Assembly (NCBI GenBank): GCA_002269645.1
Contig: NIVC01000776.1
Coordinates: forward strand, 124,001 to 188,000
DNA length: 64,000 nucleotides
Source: Macrostomum lignano
Taxonomy: Eukaryota
Direction: 5' to 3'
The position numbers were made by a program, and so were the translations under genes. Positions 24,401 through 37,092 of the stretch are shown in pieces. The notes below the pieces were generated by a model. That model was not told where the DNA came from and did not search any database. It saw only the letters and a program-made list of their open reading frames with translations. Position 1 is the first letter of the stretch. Each line of letters opens with the position of its first letter.

Positions 24401-27400
24401 GTGAGGGTATCGGAGCCCTAAAAGCACTGGAAGGGGTAGAGTGAGGGTATCGGAGCCCTAAAAGCACTGGAAGGGGTATAGTGAGGGTATAAAATCAGTT
24501 AAGGTGGTGGCTGAAGCTGCACAAGCATTGAACAAAAATAAAAACGCTTTTCGTGTTCTCTGCAGCTTAAAGCCAAGTAAAAAACATCCCCCCATCCCAA
24601 CCGGGCTTCCCGCAGGTGCACAGGCGCCTCGGCTACTGCCCGCAGTCGGACGCGGTGCAGCCGCTGCTGACCGGCCGCGAAGTGCTGCAGCTGTACGCCA
24701 GGATTCGCGGTGTGCCGGAGCACCTGGTGCCGGGCATGGCTGAGAGCATCGCCAGGCAGTGAGTGAAGCTGGGGGTTTTCTCTCGATGCGTCTGTTTAAC
24801 CGTAGGACTGACTGCCTTGGAGTTAAGCAGAGTCGGCAGCGGTTAGTACGCACCCTGATAGGCGTGTGTCTAACTAAGTAAGCTGAGGTCCAGTTCACCC
24901 TGCTAGGAGCGAGGGGACCGCACATGATAGATACCAGTGACTGACCTTCCCAAATGAGTCCCAAATGACTGACAATGAGGTGATTTTAACTGTCAGGGTC
25001 GGAATCATGCAGCACATCGACAAGGTCACGGAGCAGTACAGCGGCGGCAACAAGCGGAAGCTCTCCTGCGGCGTCGCCTTCATCGGCGGGCCGCCGATTC
25101 TCTTCTTGGACGAGCCGACGGCCGGCATGGATCCCAAGGCCCGGCGGTCCCTGTGGCGTTGCATCCAGGGCATGGTGGCCCGCGGCTCCTGTGTTATCCT
25201 GACCAGCCACAGCATGGAGGACTGCCAGGCCCTGTGCCACCGGCTCACCATCATGGTGAGCTTGGGCTGCAGCCTGTGACTGTCTGAGCTCTCGCTGGGA
25301 TCTGTAACTCTGAGTATATGTAATCTCTCTTGTGAATCTGTAATCTATCACGGAGATCGGCAGCTCTCAGGGAGATCTGTAGCTCTCATGCGAGATCTGT
25401 AGCTATCATGAAAGATCTGTAGCTCTCATGGAAGATTTGTAGCTCTCATGGAAGATTTGTAGCTCTCATGGAAGATCTGCAGCTCTCATGGAAGATTTGT
25501 AGCTCTCATGGAAGATCTGCAGCTCTCATGGAAGATTTGTAGCTCTCATGGGAGATCTGTAGCTCTCATGGAAGATCTGTAGCTCTCATGGAAGATCTGC
25601 AGCTCTCATGGAAGATTTGTAGCTCTCATGGGAGATCTGTAGCTCTCATGGGAGATCTGTAGCTCTCATGGAAGGTCTGCAGGCTCTCATGGAAGATTTG
25701 TAGCTCTCATGGAAGATTTGTAGCTCTCATGGGAGATCTGTAGCTCTCATGGAAGATCTGTAGCTCTCATGGAAGATCTGCAGCTCTCATGGAAGATTTG
25801 TAGCTCTCATGGGAGATCTGTAGCTCTCATGGAAGATCTGTAGCTCTCATGGAAGATCTGCAGCTCTCATGGAAGATTTGTAGCTCTCATGGGAGATCTG
25901 TAGCTCTCATGGGAGATCTGTAGCTCTCATGGAAGGTCTGCAGGCTCTCATGGAAGATTTGTAGCTCTCATGGAAGATTTGTAGCTCTCATGGGAGATCT
26001 GTAGCTCTCATGGAAGATCTGTAGCTCTCATGGAAGATCTGCAGCTCTCATGGAAGATTTGTAGCTCTCATGGGAGATCTGTAGCTCTCATGGAAGATCT
26101 GTAGCTCTCACGGGAGATCTGTAGCTCTCATGGCAGATTTGTACTTCTCATGGGAGATCTGTAGCTCTCATGGAAGATCTGTAGCTATCACGGGTTACTC
26201 ATTCCTGCTGTTCTAGAGAATCTGCTGTGCTGTTCTGATTTGCAATTTCGTTTGATTGGTTTTGAAATTTGATCCAGTAGAAAACTTGGCACGAAAGGTT
26301 TATCTGACACTCCTATTATCATATGCAACTCACCATTGGAGTGGTCAAGGACCAACAACACCAATGGTGCTCCATGGCTACGAAGCGGTACAGGGGAAAG
26401 GAAGTCAAAGAAGTCAAAGGGAGTGGATGGAATGATAATAAGACAGCGAAAAGAGAGAATTCTAAAACTAATCTTTGAGACACCTGGCTCAATTGAAAAT
26501 GGATGGCTTGATGCCAGGATTAGCTAGTGCTGCAGGTAGAGCATTCCATAATTTACAGCATGTGGGAATGAAGCACCGCTTCTGTTCTAGAGAAAGCAAG
26601 CTTAAAGGAGAAGCTGTGCTGTTCGCTGTTAGAACGGAGACCAAAGTGTGACAGTTGAGCAAAAGGAAGGAGGAGCTGCTGAAGTTCACTGGAGCCTTGA
26701 GCCCGCAGAAGTCGCTATGTACACTATGTACAGCATGTCTAGAAAAGCACTGCTTTAACTGCACTAATTTGTTTTTATTAAGTGGCGCGCTCACTTTTTG
26801 ATTCAAATACTGAGTCTTTAATGACTTCCACAAGCCCTAGCAAACCCCGTCTATTAAAATTCCCGATACTTCACTGGCGGTACCCGATACAGATGGCGCT
26901 CTGAAGCTCTGCGCAATTCCAAATTGCAGTGCGAATGCACTTGCATGTGTTTCAATTGCAATACACAGTAGACGGCAGGACAGCTGACTTTCACCTCGCG
27001 CTGTCACGCGCGCCACAGAAGTTGAGCAATGCAATTCGGTGATTCAATAACCTGTTAACCTGTAGAGGAATCCCGAGCATGCGAAATCAGGCATCGAGGG
27101 CAGGCTTTTATGGTAGACGTGCATTTTTGGGGGCGCCATTTTATTTAAATAGATGCAAGCGGCAGAGCTGTCAAACCTATAGATACAACAATTTGCTTTT
27201 TTCCTGCGGAGAGTGGCGCCCCTGCCCCTTCAGCTACGCCTCTGCGTGGCATCCGATGGATCACCCACGACTCTTGGGGCGCACCTACCGGTTGGTGAAC
27301 TGTTGGGGCAGGTGGATCACCTACCGGTTGGTGAACTGTTGGGGCAGGTGGATCACCTACCGGTTAGTGAACTGTTGGGGCAGGTGGATCACCTACCGGT

Positions 27401-30279
27401 TGGTGAACTGTTGGGGCAGGTGGATCACCTACCGGTTGGTGAACTGTTGGGGCAGGTGAATCACCTACCGGTTGGTGAACTGTTGGGGCAGGTGGATCAC
27501 CTACCGGTTAGTGAACTGTTGGGGCAGGTGGATCACCTACCGGTTAGTGAACTGTTGGGGCAGGTGGATCACCTACCGGTTAGTGAACTGTTGGGGCAGG
27601 TGGATCACCTGACCGGTTGTTGAACTCTGGGGGCAGGTGGATCACCTACCGGTTAGTGAACTCTGGGGGCAGGTGGATCACCTACCGGTTAGTGAACTCT
27701 GGGGGCAGGTGGATCACCTACCGGTTAGTGAACTGTTGGGGCAGGTGGATCACCTACCGGTTGGTGAACTGTTGGGGCAGGTGGATCACCTACCGGTTGG
27801 TGAACTGTTGGGGCAGGTGGATCACCTACCGGTTAGTGAACAGTTGGGGCAGGTGGATCACCTACCGGTTAGTGAACTGTTGGGGCAGGTGGATCACCTA
27901 CCGGTTGGTGAACTGTTGGGGCAGGCGGATCACCTACCGGTTGGTGAACTGTTGGGGCAGGTGGATCACCTGACCGGTTGTTGAACTCTGGGGGCAGGCA
28001 GATCACCTACCGGTTGTTGAACTCTGGGGGCAGGCGGATCACCTACCGGTTGGTGAACTCTGGGGGCAGGCGGATCACCTACCGGTTGGTGAACTGTTGG
28101 GGCAGGCGGATCACCTACCGGTTGGTGAACTCTTGGGACAGGTGGATCACCTGACCGGTTGTTGAACTCTGGGGGCAGGCGGATCACCTACCGGTTGGTG
28201 AACTCTTGGGGCAGGTGGATCACCTACCGGTTGTTGAACTCTTGGGGCAGGCGGATCACCTACCGGTTGGTGAACTCTTGGGGCAGGTGGATCACCTACC
28301 GGTTGGTGAACTGTTGGGGCAGGCGGATCACCTACCGGTTGGTGAACTCTTGGGACAGGTGGATCACCTGACCGGTTGTTGAACTCTGGGGGCAGGCGGA
28401 TCACCTACCGGTTGGTGAACTCTTGGGGCAGGTGGATCACCTACCGGTTGTTGAACTCTTGGGGCAGGCGGATCACCTACCGGTTGGTGAACTCTTGGGG
28501 CAGGTGGATCACCTACCGGTTGTTGAACTCTTGGGGCAGGCGGATCACCTACCGGTTGGTGAACTCTTGGGGCAGGTGGATCACCTACCGGTTGTTGAAC
28601 TCTTGGGGCAGGCGGATCACCTACCGGTTGGTGAACTCTGGGGGCAGGCGGATCACCTACCGGTTGGTGAACTCTTGGGGCAGGTGGATCACCTGACCGG
28701 TTGTTGAACTCTGGGGGCAGGCGGATCACCTACCGGTTGGTGAACTCTGGGGGCAGGTGGATCACCTACCGGTTGGTGAACTGTTGGGGCAGGTGGATCA
28801 CCTGACCGGTTGTTGAACTCTGGGGGCAGGCGGATCACCTACCGGTTGGTGAACTGTTGGGGCAGTGGATCACCAGTGGCAGTCTGAATCAAATGCGGTT
28901 TAGCTGTTGCTGTGAATATTCTCAAATATTGATGCGAATTCCCAACTGGGACATCCCCACCGTCCCCAGGTGAACGGCCAGCTCCGCTGCATCGGCAGTC
29001 CGCAGTATCTGAAAAGCAAATTCGGCTGCGGCTTCACCGTCTACCTTCGGGTCGCCAAGCCGGCTGCCGGCACCGCGCCGGAGCTCCGGGAGGACGCGAT
29101 CGCCGACTCGCCGAAGGAGTCGGCGCTGGCCGACACGGAGGAGCTGCAGTTGCTGGAGCCCACGGCGGCTCTGACGCCGGAGATGCAGCCGGCGCACGCC
29201 GTCTTCACTGCGGCCTTTCCCGGCGCCGAGCTGCGCTCAGCCCACGTCTGCCAGCTGCAGTACCGCCTGCCCGGCGACCGGCTCGGCTGCCGCCTTGCCG
29301 GCCTCTTCGCCGAGCTGCAGGCCATGCGGAAGGCCGGCCAAGTGCTGGACTACTCGGTGACCCAGACCAGTCTGGACCAGGTGGGCGGCTGTGACTCTGC
29401 GGATTGGGGCTGGCACCGACTCCTGATTGGGGCTAGCACCCTCTCCTGATTGGGGCTAGCACCCTCTCCTGATTGGGGCTGGCACCCTCTCCTGATTGGG
29501 GCTAGCACCCTCTCCTGATTAGGGCTAGCACCCTCTCCTGATTGGGGCTGGCACCGACTCCTGATTGGGGCTGGAACCCTCTCCTGATTGGGGCTGGCAC
29601 CCTCTCCTGATTGGGGCTGGCACCGACTCCTGATTGGGGCTAGCACCCTCTCCTGATTGGGGCTAGCACCCTCTCCTGATTAGGGCTAGCACCCTCTCCT
29701 GATTGGGGCTGGCACCCTCTCCTGATTGGGGCTGGAACCCTCTCCTGATTGGGGCTGGCACCCTCTCCTGATTGGGGCTGGCACCGACTCCTGATTGGGG
29801 CTGGCACCCTCTCCTGATTGGGGCTAGCACCCTCTCCTGATTGGGGCTGGCACCCTCTCCTGATTGGGGCTGGCACCCTCTCCTGATTGGGGCTGGCACC
29901 CTCTCCTGATTGGGGCTGGCACCGACTCCTGATTGGGGCTAGCACCCTCTCCTGATTGGGGCTAGCAGCCTCTCATCAGGTTGCTTCTGATTCCTTAACA
30001 TTTGTGGTACTGAAGCAATTAAAGGTACTTTTAATTACAATAACTGTCACACTTCCAAAAAACTCGCATCGCCCAGGTGTTCATCGATTTCGCCTCGGCG
30101 AAAACCTCAGCGGATCGCAAGGAGGCCGACGAAGCCCCTGATGGCAAAGGTAAGCGCTGCTTGATTGATATGCTCTAAACTGCCTACTCGTTAGTAGCGA
30201 TACGCGTATATGATGCAATTTCTGTCAATTTTCAGGATCCCAACAGTGCAAGCGAGGCGCCAACGCTGCCAGTTGCTGA
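9403..30279 (+). CDS. ABCA1-like: ABC transporter subfamily A, full length (ABCA1/4/7-like), 22 coding exons, about 2,400 aa; one apparent frameshift at 20855-20858
   Basis: Exons (GT-AG, phases consistent): 9403-9471, 9545-9765, 10567-10685, 11473-11591, 12279-12497, 12588-12668, 13415-13784, 14313-14461, 14918-15037, 15790-16404, 17476-18655, 18752-19120, 19747-20201, 20526-21387, 22195-22879, 23498-23703, 23786-24224, 24616-24758, 24997-25255, 28970-29380, 30077-30149, 30236-30279. Motifs: N-terminal QFYLLQWKN; NBD1 GHNGAGKST / [10 protein letters not shown] / LDEPTAGVDP; TFVS...GTRCM; VWFDNRG; NBD2 GVNGAGKTT / [10 protein letters not shown] / [10 protein letters not shown] / TSHSM; C-terminal VFIDFA. 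An in-frame alternative ATG is at 9394. Confidence 0.95.
9868..10494. repeat. 46-bp minisatellite, about 13.5 copies, ABCA intron 2
   Basis: Unit GCAAGCCCAGACTCCCAGCCTGCATCCACTGGACTGTAGGGGGGTT. Confidence 0.95.
10931..11428. repeat. 14-bp minisatellite, about 35 copies, ABCA intron 3
   Basis: Unit CTAATCCTATATCG with TAC/TGT variants. Confidence 0.95.
11895..12166. repeat. 20-bp minisatellite, about 13 copies, ABCA intron 4
   Basis: Unit GAGCGCCAAGGTGTCAGGAT. Confidence 0.93.
12770..13355. repeat. 20-bp minisatellite, ABCA intron 6
   Basis: Unit GTGAGTCAGTGGGATC(C/T)CAA; internal 96-bp higher-order duplication (12921 and 13017). Confidence 0.9.
14528..14858. repeat. Degenerate minisatellite of about 22-24 bp, ABCA intron 8
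   Basis: Recurrent GAGTGAATCT(C/T)AGCTT core. Confidence 0.8.
15175..15640. repeat. 18-bp minisatellite, ABCA intron 9
   Basis: Unit CTCATTTCCA(T/G)GTCTATC. Confidence 0.92.
16428..17060. repeat. 38-bp (2 x 19) minisatellite, ABCA intron 10
   Basis: Alternating CTGTACACCCTATGCTGTA and CTGTACACCCT(A/G)TGTTATT subunits. Confidence 0.93.
17076..17358 (+). mobile_element. Partial copy of a hAT-like non-autonomous element with a purine-rich core (left TIR missing)
   Basis: Shares CCA.AGG.CCAGATAGAGAACC...GCATGACTGCGG and GCTGAGAAGAGACA...GGATTGCTATTGT with 63545-64000. Ends in AGTTTGACGAGCCCCG, a degenerate reverse complement of the TIR at 63521. Confidence 0.65.
19140..19640. repeat. Compound 7/11/18-bp repeat (CTGCTCA / CTGCTCACTTC), ABCA intron 12
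   Basis: Low-complexity tandem array starting right after the donor. Confidence 0.92.
20228..20450. repeat. 18-bp minisatellite, about 12 copies, ABCA intron 13
   Basis: Unit GTAGACTGGGTAGTCAGG. Confidence 0.95.
21560..21990. repeat. 16-bp minisatellite, ABCA intron 14
   Basis: Unit CCATTGACCCCTAACT (contains CCCTAA). Confidence 0.92.
23065..23371 (-). mobile_element. tRNA-derived SINE, family A, copy 1 (ABCA intron 15)
   Basis: Near-identical blocks shared with 43704-43897. On the minus strand the head has A-box-like TAGCCCAGT and B-box-like GACTCGATTCC; about 120 nt longer internally than copy 2. Confidence 0.75.
24305..24490. repeat. 40-bp minisatellite, about 4.5 copies, ABCA intron 17
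   Basis: Unit GAGTGAGGGTATCGGAGCCCTAAAAGCACTGGAAGGGGTA. Confidence 0.9.
25350..26190. repeat. 20-bp minisatellite, about 40 copies, ABCA intron 19
   Basis: Unit GATCTGTAGCTCTCATGG(A/G)A; 261-bp higher-order duplication (variant at 25671 and 25932). Confidence 0.95.
27283..28875. repeat. 36-bp minisatellite, about 44 copies, ABCA intron 19
   Basis: Unit GGATCACCTACCGGTTGGTGAACTGTTGGGGCAGGT; no spacers. Confidence 0.96.
29400..29970. repeat. 23-bp minisatellite, about 24 copies, ABCA intron 20
   Basis: Unit CTCCTGATTGGGGCT(A/G)GCACCCT. Confidence 0.95.
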
Positions 30280-33078
30280 TTAACGCGGACTTCGAAGTTT
30301 TTTTTACCATTTGAGATTTTTCTCATTCTGAGACAATTATTCTTTTCGAAGCAACAGTTGTACTCTAGTACCAGTTTTTTTTAAGCGTTGTCCTCTTAGA
30401 AATCAATCAGCTGCGTCATTAGCTTATCATTCTCTGTTTTTTCCTTGCCTTTTAACTGTCTCGTCCTGTATTGCTTATTTTCTGCTGATGCGTGATTAGT
30501 ATTGATTATTACTACTGCAGCCGGCATGTGGCGGCCCAGCTGGATTTGATTCACTGAATTCTTCCATGGCTTGCCCTGTTAGTTTTGAATGATTTCAAAC
30601 AGTTGGTTTTAGCAATAATTTGCGCATCTTGGTTTATTTTAACGCAGCTGCTGTGTCAATCATTCACATGTTATTTTGCCCCAGTTAATTATATCTGAGC
30701 ACGCACCGCACTGACCATAAACAGGTATATTGCTTCAGCAGCAGAGAGCTGTCTAACATATAATTTTCCTCTTCATGTGCACCAATGCAACGGCTTTACA
30801 GAGAATCTATAAGCTACACGTGTAGTTAGCGGTCTGCAATCTCCTAACTTATGCATGCAGAGAATCAAGTGTAACTGTCTTACTATCGTTTCTCTGTCTT
30901 TCACGGTTCAATTTAATTCGCATTGAGTTTTTCGTCATTTTAACATTGTTTTATTCTCGTTTTATTTTATTTTTTTATTCGACGTGTCCCGAATTTTTTT
31001 CCTCTAAGGAAATTTGCACTTAGGGCTGGCCGCCCAGTTCAGTCCCAATATGGCCTTTTGCCCAGTGTTCAGCTTCTCATATTCGTCAATGCTGAATATT
31101 AAAACATGCTAATTGTCGCGAGTCCTGCACAGCTGTCTATCCTGTGGATCAAATTTTAATTATTTTCGTTTATTATGAACAACGTTTATCCTTGTAGAAA
31201 AATTTTAGTATATGTATCACTCTCTGATTGGTTAAATATAAACGATGTACTCGTTCAAGTATGCATTATCATACATCTTAATGTTAAAATCTCGTACCTG
31301 TTATTATTCAATACTGCTTAAACCAATGGCTTTGGCGTTTTCTAGCTTAATTTAGTCTCGTGCTGCAAGTTCAGGGCACTAAACAATATTGAAGGGGTCA
31401 ATAGAGTGATTCGTATTTTTTAGTTTTTAGGTGCTCATTTTTATATAGATTGCCTGCTTAGTCTATAGCATTAAGAATTTTGCAAAGCTTGGAATAAGAA
31501 GTTGAAAAATGAATTATTTTAAACTTAATTTCTTCATATTGCTTTTAACCGGGCCTAAAAACTTGCGTCTATTACACTTCCACTATAATTGGCTTTGTTT
31601 GCAAAACTTAAATATTTGATGCATGCATGTCACAGATACAGAAATTAACATTGCGTTTTGCGTTTAGAATCTTGAGTTTTAAAATAGCTTCCCAGAATTG
31701 ATTGCGCCCTTGAGTCAGCCGATCTTCTGGCCTTTATGAGTTGAGTAGTCATCACAATTGTGTACTCGCGAATCCAAATCCGAACTCGAAATTTTGTCAA
31801 AAATTAAACAAAATTTGAAATCCTTTTTTTAATAAGATTTCTAATTTTACCTTAATAATACTAATGATCGAAATTTTTTACTTTTTATCAAAGTATATAC
31901 GAAAAATAACAGACTTCATGATTTTTTATAAACTGGTTGGAATGGACAATTTTTTAACAACCGGTCGCTATCGGGCAAGGTACAGTTAAGTTTTAAGCCA
32001 AATATTTTACATTTCATCGGGCCTTGCAGTAGGCTTATCATATTGCAATTGAATGCACAATGTGAATTTTTGTTTTTTGATTAGTAGACGGAGGTACAAT
32101 GGTTCCTTGACAGTTTTTGACAAGACCTACCTGTAGCTTTTCATTTCATTATTGTTTTTTTAGATTTCATCTTAGAGTTGCCTCTTAGAGTTTTGCATCT
32201 ATCGACCATCATCAATATCATTGTCTTATGCGTAGGTGTACCGATCATACGTAGGATAGCCTATACTGTTCATAACTGCCATATTTCATAGTCAAAGGTC
32301 AAAGAAAGCACTTTCTCACATGCCTAACTCAGTAATGGAGTTGCATTTAATCATTCATAGCCCAGTGGGTGCACCAGCAGAAAAATTTGTTTGGACATCT
32401 AGAAATTTAGAGTTGCAGGTAAGCTGTAGAATATGTTTGGTTTGGTCCTCTAAAATGCTTATGACAGCTTTTGTCTATGAACATGCTGAATTTTTGTAAT
32501 TTTAAAATATGAAAATTATAAATCAATCACTTATTTACTATAGTATAATGGTTAAGTTCTAATTAGGCCTAATTATATTTTATTAAAAATGCTACAAATA
32601 TAAAAAACTTGTTTGAATAACTAGTATTAGTACTAACAGGCCTATATTTTTATTATTAAGAAATAATATTATTATAGAGCCATAGTCAGGAAGATAGCCT
32701 TTTTGAAAATTCTGGTGCAAGAAGGAGTTGGATGTGCACTGTGCCAGTGCATTCCAATGCAACAGCAGGCAAGGGAAAAATCTGGCGCAATACAGTGCAA
32801 GACAAAAAAATGGCACAATTTGATGCAAGACAAAAACTTTTGATAAGACAAAAATTTCTTTGACAGAAAATTAGCATGTAATTTCTTTTTATTAACACTT
32901 TTTGTTTGCCAGTATATTGATGGCTTTTTATTTAATTTGCATTAACATTGCATTTTCTATGAAACAGATTCAAATACAAGTTTTACCAGTATTTTTCAAA
33001 TGGAAAATGTACTGATTTTTGCATTTTTTCAAAAATTTGTTGTACATAACATGAGCAGAGTTTTTTGATAAGAATAAT

Positions 33079-34903
33079 GGCATTCTTTTGTTTTACAATC
33101 ACCTAGCACTGTCTCTATAGGAGTCGAGACTTTTGTTATACGATTCCCCCACAGCCCTATTGGAATAAGTTTCAAGAACCCGCGGATGCACGACATGGGT
33201 GCCAAAATTGTGCCCTCAAAAGTGCAACGCGACACCAAATTTTGTTGGCTGGAGGGCAGCAACGCGCGACGCAACACTGATGTCTGTTGACCGAATGACC
33301 GGGGGGGAGGGGGGAGGACGCCACAGCAGCCACATTGCTATTGACAATTCTCGTTCTGCCGTTCACTCCCGACACCAAGACCATGGAGCGAGAGACGAGA
33401 GTATTCCTTTTAATTTTGCAGAAAAAGAAATGAAATTTAAAAACAATAAACAGTAAAAAAACAAAGGTACAACAGTTAGAAAAAAAGCGCATGCATTTTA
33501 ACTAAAAAGTAACCTTTCTAAAAATTATATTTGAAGTATTAGTTATTTTACTGTCAAAATAAAAAAGAACAATTCAACAATTTGTTTTTATCAAACATGT
33601 TTGAAACATTTAAATACCGAGAAACAACTGTGTACATAATACAATGAAACAGTTTACGAGGTTTTGGCTGTAGATCCAGGCCGCAATGCGACACATGACG
33701 ACACCAGCCGCCAAGTTGCCACACTTTTGCGTCTTGTTATGTTGTGTCGCGCGACACGACGCATGACGACACCAGGTTTCCACAGTGTCGTGCAACGCGA
33801 CACACCACTTGACACCACTGTCGCGCGACGCAACACCAGGAGAATCTAAAAATGCGACGGATGGTCGTCCGCATTTTGTCAACTTATTCCAATAGGGCCC
33901 CACAGAGGATGGAAAATTGCTCTTAAAATCAAACTTCAAAATAGGACTACTTCTAAGTGCTCCATTTTAACACAAAATCTGGTCTTATAGAAATTAGAAG
34001 CCTGTCCTTATATTCACTTTTGTTATGCAATCATTTAAATAGATGGTGATGGATTTATATGCAGATGATCATAAGACAAAACCAAAAGAGCTTATAGATT
34101 TTGACTTACAATCATACCAATAGTAAAATTGTATTAGAGAGATCATATGATGAAATGGTAGGAAATTGTTGCTATAATAGATGTTTCAACCAAACAATCA
34201 ATTGCAGCCTCTAATATGTCTGCGAACCAAAAGCCACCCAGCTCTTTTTACACGGCTCTTTTTGCACGCCTTTTCAGGCACCGCTGCCGCCCCATGCCCT
34301 CTTTCACTTTTGTCATACAATCACCCCTCAGTATAACACATAAACTGGGTCCAATAAACTGGGGGATCGTATGACAAAAGTGAGGGGGGGGCGGCGCTTG
34401 CAAATCTTATAATGAATACAATTTCATTCTTGAACCCTGTAGATCATTGATGGAGATTGATGTAGCAGTTCGTATCCAAAGCTGCCATGAACTAGTGCAA
34501 CTTTGCCAGGGATGTAATGTGTAATCCATTCATTTTTGTCATATGATCCCTTTAATACAATTCTACCAATGTGGTGATCGTAATTTGAAACCTATAAGCT
34601 TTTTTGGTTTCGTCTTGCAATCATCTATGACATATAAATTCACCAGTTAAATGATCATATGACAAAAGTGAATATAAGCTATGTGCTTTCATAACTAATG
34701 CTACGCCCACAATCCTCAAGTTGACTAAAAAGTGAATTGTAGTGATGGATTAGGTTGACTGGAAAGTGAGTTACAATGATTTTGTTCTTGGAAAATAAAT
34801 GTGAAATGTTTTTTTGATAAACTAGTGTCTTTTCGACTCTTTTTTAATGGGGATTGTAAGACAAAACTTGACCTGCTCAGGGATTGTAAAACAAAAGAAT
34901 GCC
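33079..34903. mobile_element. Non-autonomous DNA transposon with GG-ended TIRs and 8-bp TSD (Merlin-like), copy 1, interrupted by a nested MITE
   Basis: TIR GGCATTCTTTTGTTTTACAATC (33079) and its reverse complement ending at 34903; flanks AGAATAAT / AGAATAGT (7/8); internal recurring GGGAT(T/C)RTA(T/A)RACAAAAGTG motifs. Confidence 0.82.
33155..33897. mobile_element. 743-bp MITE with 17-bp TIR CCCTATTGGAATAAGTT and perfect 8-bp TSD CCCCACAG; superfamily unassigned
   Basis: TIRs at 33155-33171 and 33881-33897; TSD at 33147-33154 and 33898-33905; internal GCAACGCGACAC-type motif clusters near both ends. Confidence 0.9.
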
Positions 34904-35033
34904 AGAATAGTTTTGGCACATAGCGCAAGCTAACTTTTTTGATAGGATTTGTTCTAGCACATAGCACAATCAAACTTTTTTATAGGATTCATTCTGGCAC
35001 AGGCGTGCTATGATCCTAACTATGGCTATAGTA

Positions 35034-35360
35034 TAGAGAGCTTGCATGCATGGCAGCTATCCACCCAGTGTTTTAATTGCATGCATGGTAGCCAGCAGAC
35101 AGCCAATATAGCAAATACCAAATTGGACCCTTTTCTTCAAATCTGCACATTGTTACTCATAGAACTTATTTATTAATTTATTATTTGTTTCATCCTATGT
35201 AAAATGTAACTTCAATTTATAGCTAATTTTTGTTAATTCAGATATTAATTTCCAATAATTTAAATTGCTAATGACATACTGTATAATAAGTTAAAGATGC
35301 AGTTGTTATGCATGCAATTTAAACACTAGGTGGATAGCTGCTATGCATGCAAGCTCTCTG
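35034..35360. mobile_element. 327-bp MITE with about 50-bp TIRs and TA flanks (Tc1/mariner-like)
   Basis: AGAGAGCTTGCATGCATGGCAGCTATCCACCCAGTGTTTTAATTGCATG versus its reverse complement ending at 35359 (3 mismatches); TA at 35032-35033 and 35361-35362. Confidence 0.85.
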
Positions 35361-35550
35361 TATATACTAATACAATTTCAATTTATTCACAAAGTACTTT
35401 TCACTTAAATTTAGCTAAACTAACAACTTTATTAAGTAATTTTTCTTACTTTTAGGAATATAAGTAAAGGTCAAATATGATCTAATAGATCCTGATCCTA
35501 AAGTAAGATCCCAAGGAAAATTGGATTCCTAATAGAATATAGATTATGAC

Positions 35551-37092
<1,542 letters not shown>

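Noticed and set aside
26489-26833. Possible CR1/L2 LINE 3' fragment ([17 protein letters not shown]) in ABCA intron 19
   Set aside because: Only one short motif, with no RT core, tail or TSD seen; too weak to call.
27283-28875. CRISPR-like 36-bp periodic array (likewise the 31-bp array at 416-637 and the 46-bp array at 9868-10494)
   Set aside because: Units are head-to-tail with no unique spacers, lie in eukaryotic introns, and no cas genes are present.
31695-31740. LIAPLSQPIFWPL as the missing DOT1L first exon (also GPASYVW near 41460)
   Set aside because: No in-frame ATG, flanking stop codons, no suitable donor, and only a superficial resemblance.
33849-33877. Hairpin AAAATGCG...CGCATTTT as a Helitron 3' end or terminator
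   Set aside because: It lies just inside the right TIR of a MITE with an 8-bp TSD, and no CTRR end follows.
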